The notes below the pieces were generated by a model. That model made no database searches and was not told where the DNA came from. It saw only the letters and a program-made list of their open reading frames with translations. The position numbers and the translations under genes are program-made. Positions 62,683 to 64,000 of a DNA stretch of 64,000 nucleotides are shown piece after piece (position 1 is the stretch's first letter; every line of letters begins with the position of its first letter). The stretch is from Eledone cirrhosa (lineage: Eukaryota), in contig OZ024743.1 in the NCBI GenBank assembly GCA_964016885.1, positions 40,548,001-40,612,000 of the forward strand. The letters are read 5' to 3'.

Positions 62683-63118
62683 AAATAACCAAAAGTGTTC
62701 CTTACATTGCTGGGAAAGAGTTTTTGGGGTTAAATTCACGTCAAGGTTCATTGCTCGCAAAAATAGCTTGTTTTGATTTTACAGCTGGTCAAGGGAGGTA
62801 ACTCTGGCCGGTGTTAGGGCAGTCTTTCCCGGACAAATTTTTATCCGTTACAAGTATAGGTTACAACCTTACCATTGTCGATAAGCAAAGGGTCATGTAA
62901 CCAACGCTTATTTTGTATATATATATATAAAAAGGATCGATCGACTTTCGTCAAATCGGACTGAGGAAACAATGTTTCCTCGGTCTTTCCTGGTCGCAAC
63001 TCCAGGTAGTAGGAGCAACGTGAAATAAAGTGACAGAACGCATCGCCCGGTCCAGAAATCGAACTAACAATCTCAAGATTGTGAATCCAATTCTCTAACC
63101 ACTCAGCCACACGCCTTC

Positions 63119-63172
<54 letters not shown>

Positions 63173-63209
63173 GTATGTATATATATATATGTATATATAT
63201 ATATATTTA

Positions 63210-64000
63210 TTGTTATACTTTGGGAGGGTCATGTTGCCAATAAGAAATACACGGACCAGACACTTTCACTACAATTTATTATAAATTAAATTCATAAAAT
63301 TAAAAATTTATAAATTTCCGGTTGGTTGGTTGGTTCCACAACCGAACGGTTGTTCATATATTGTCAAAGTTCTTTCGTCACACATTCTGTGACCTCTTCT
63401 ATGACTGGGGATTATTTTCTTTGTTTTGTGCCTCTCCTTTATTCTGTCCTACGCCATCTTGTTTTTGTGTGTGTTGTGTGCTTAGATTGCGCCTGTGTTA
63501 CATCCGGGTGCCTGTGTATGTTTTTATTTGTTTATTTATTTATTTGTTTATTAACATGTTACTGGGTGGTTGTTTGTTCTATGTGTGTGTGTGTTTTAAT
63601 TTTGTCCTTAATTTTAAGTTGTGATGTTGCTATTCCATTCATGTTTTCTATTTAATTTTGGTTGGAGTTCATTTATGTTTATTGCCTTTGTGATTTGTCT
63701 TAACAATGCATCTTTTCGGTGTGTAAATTTTATTTTTGTTTCTATGTTCTCTAATTTGTCCTTATGTTCTATTTTAGCATGTTAGTGGAGTATTGATGAT
63801 TCTTTTTTATCTTGAAGCTCTCGCCAGTGTTCATTTAACCGTTCTCTCATACTACGAACTGTCTCACCTATGTACACTATATTCTCATCTTTACATTGTC
63901 CTTCAGTACATCTTATGCTATATACTACATTTCTAGTTTTACAGTTAATATGGAGGCTTAGTTTACAGATTATGCATTTCTTATCTATACAGGGAGGTCT
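63210..64000 (-). mobile_element. PLE family A inverted arm (pLTR plus GIY-YIG), running off the window end
   Basis: Colinear with 1-760; HHR core mutated to TAGAAGA. Confidence 0.9.

Overview
Very AT-rich, (TA)n-saturated animal genomic DNA with no confidently callable host gene. The SINE/RTE repeat complement looks octopus-like (inference). Most ORFs in the supplied track are translations of TA/CA/TG microsatellites. The real content is a dense set of Penelope-like retroelement (PLE) fragments (RT C-terminus, Cys linker, GIY-YIG endonuclease), mostly fold-back insertions in (TA)n tracts, plus an RTE LINE, SINE clusters and a mariner relic. Manual reading shows more than 25 minimal type I hammerhead ribozyme (HHR) motifs from about 14 unrelated sequence families. 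Most have family-specific palindromic stem III, and six families carry a compensated U3-A8 core. Several HHRs lie in non-coding, highly structured ~460-590 nt units with tandem or terminal redundancy, including a near-perfect 3x466 bp array. These look like retrozyme-type elements that could make circular RNA and be mobilised by PLE proteins in trans. All folds were derived by eye and none is experimentally tested.
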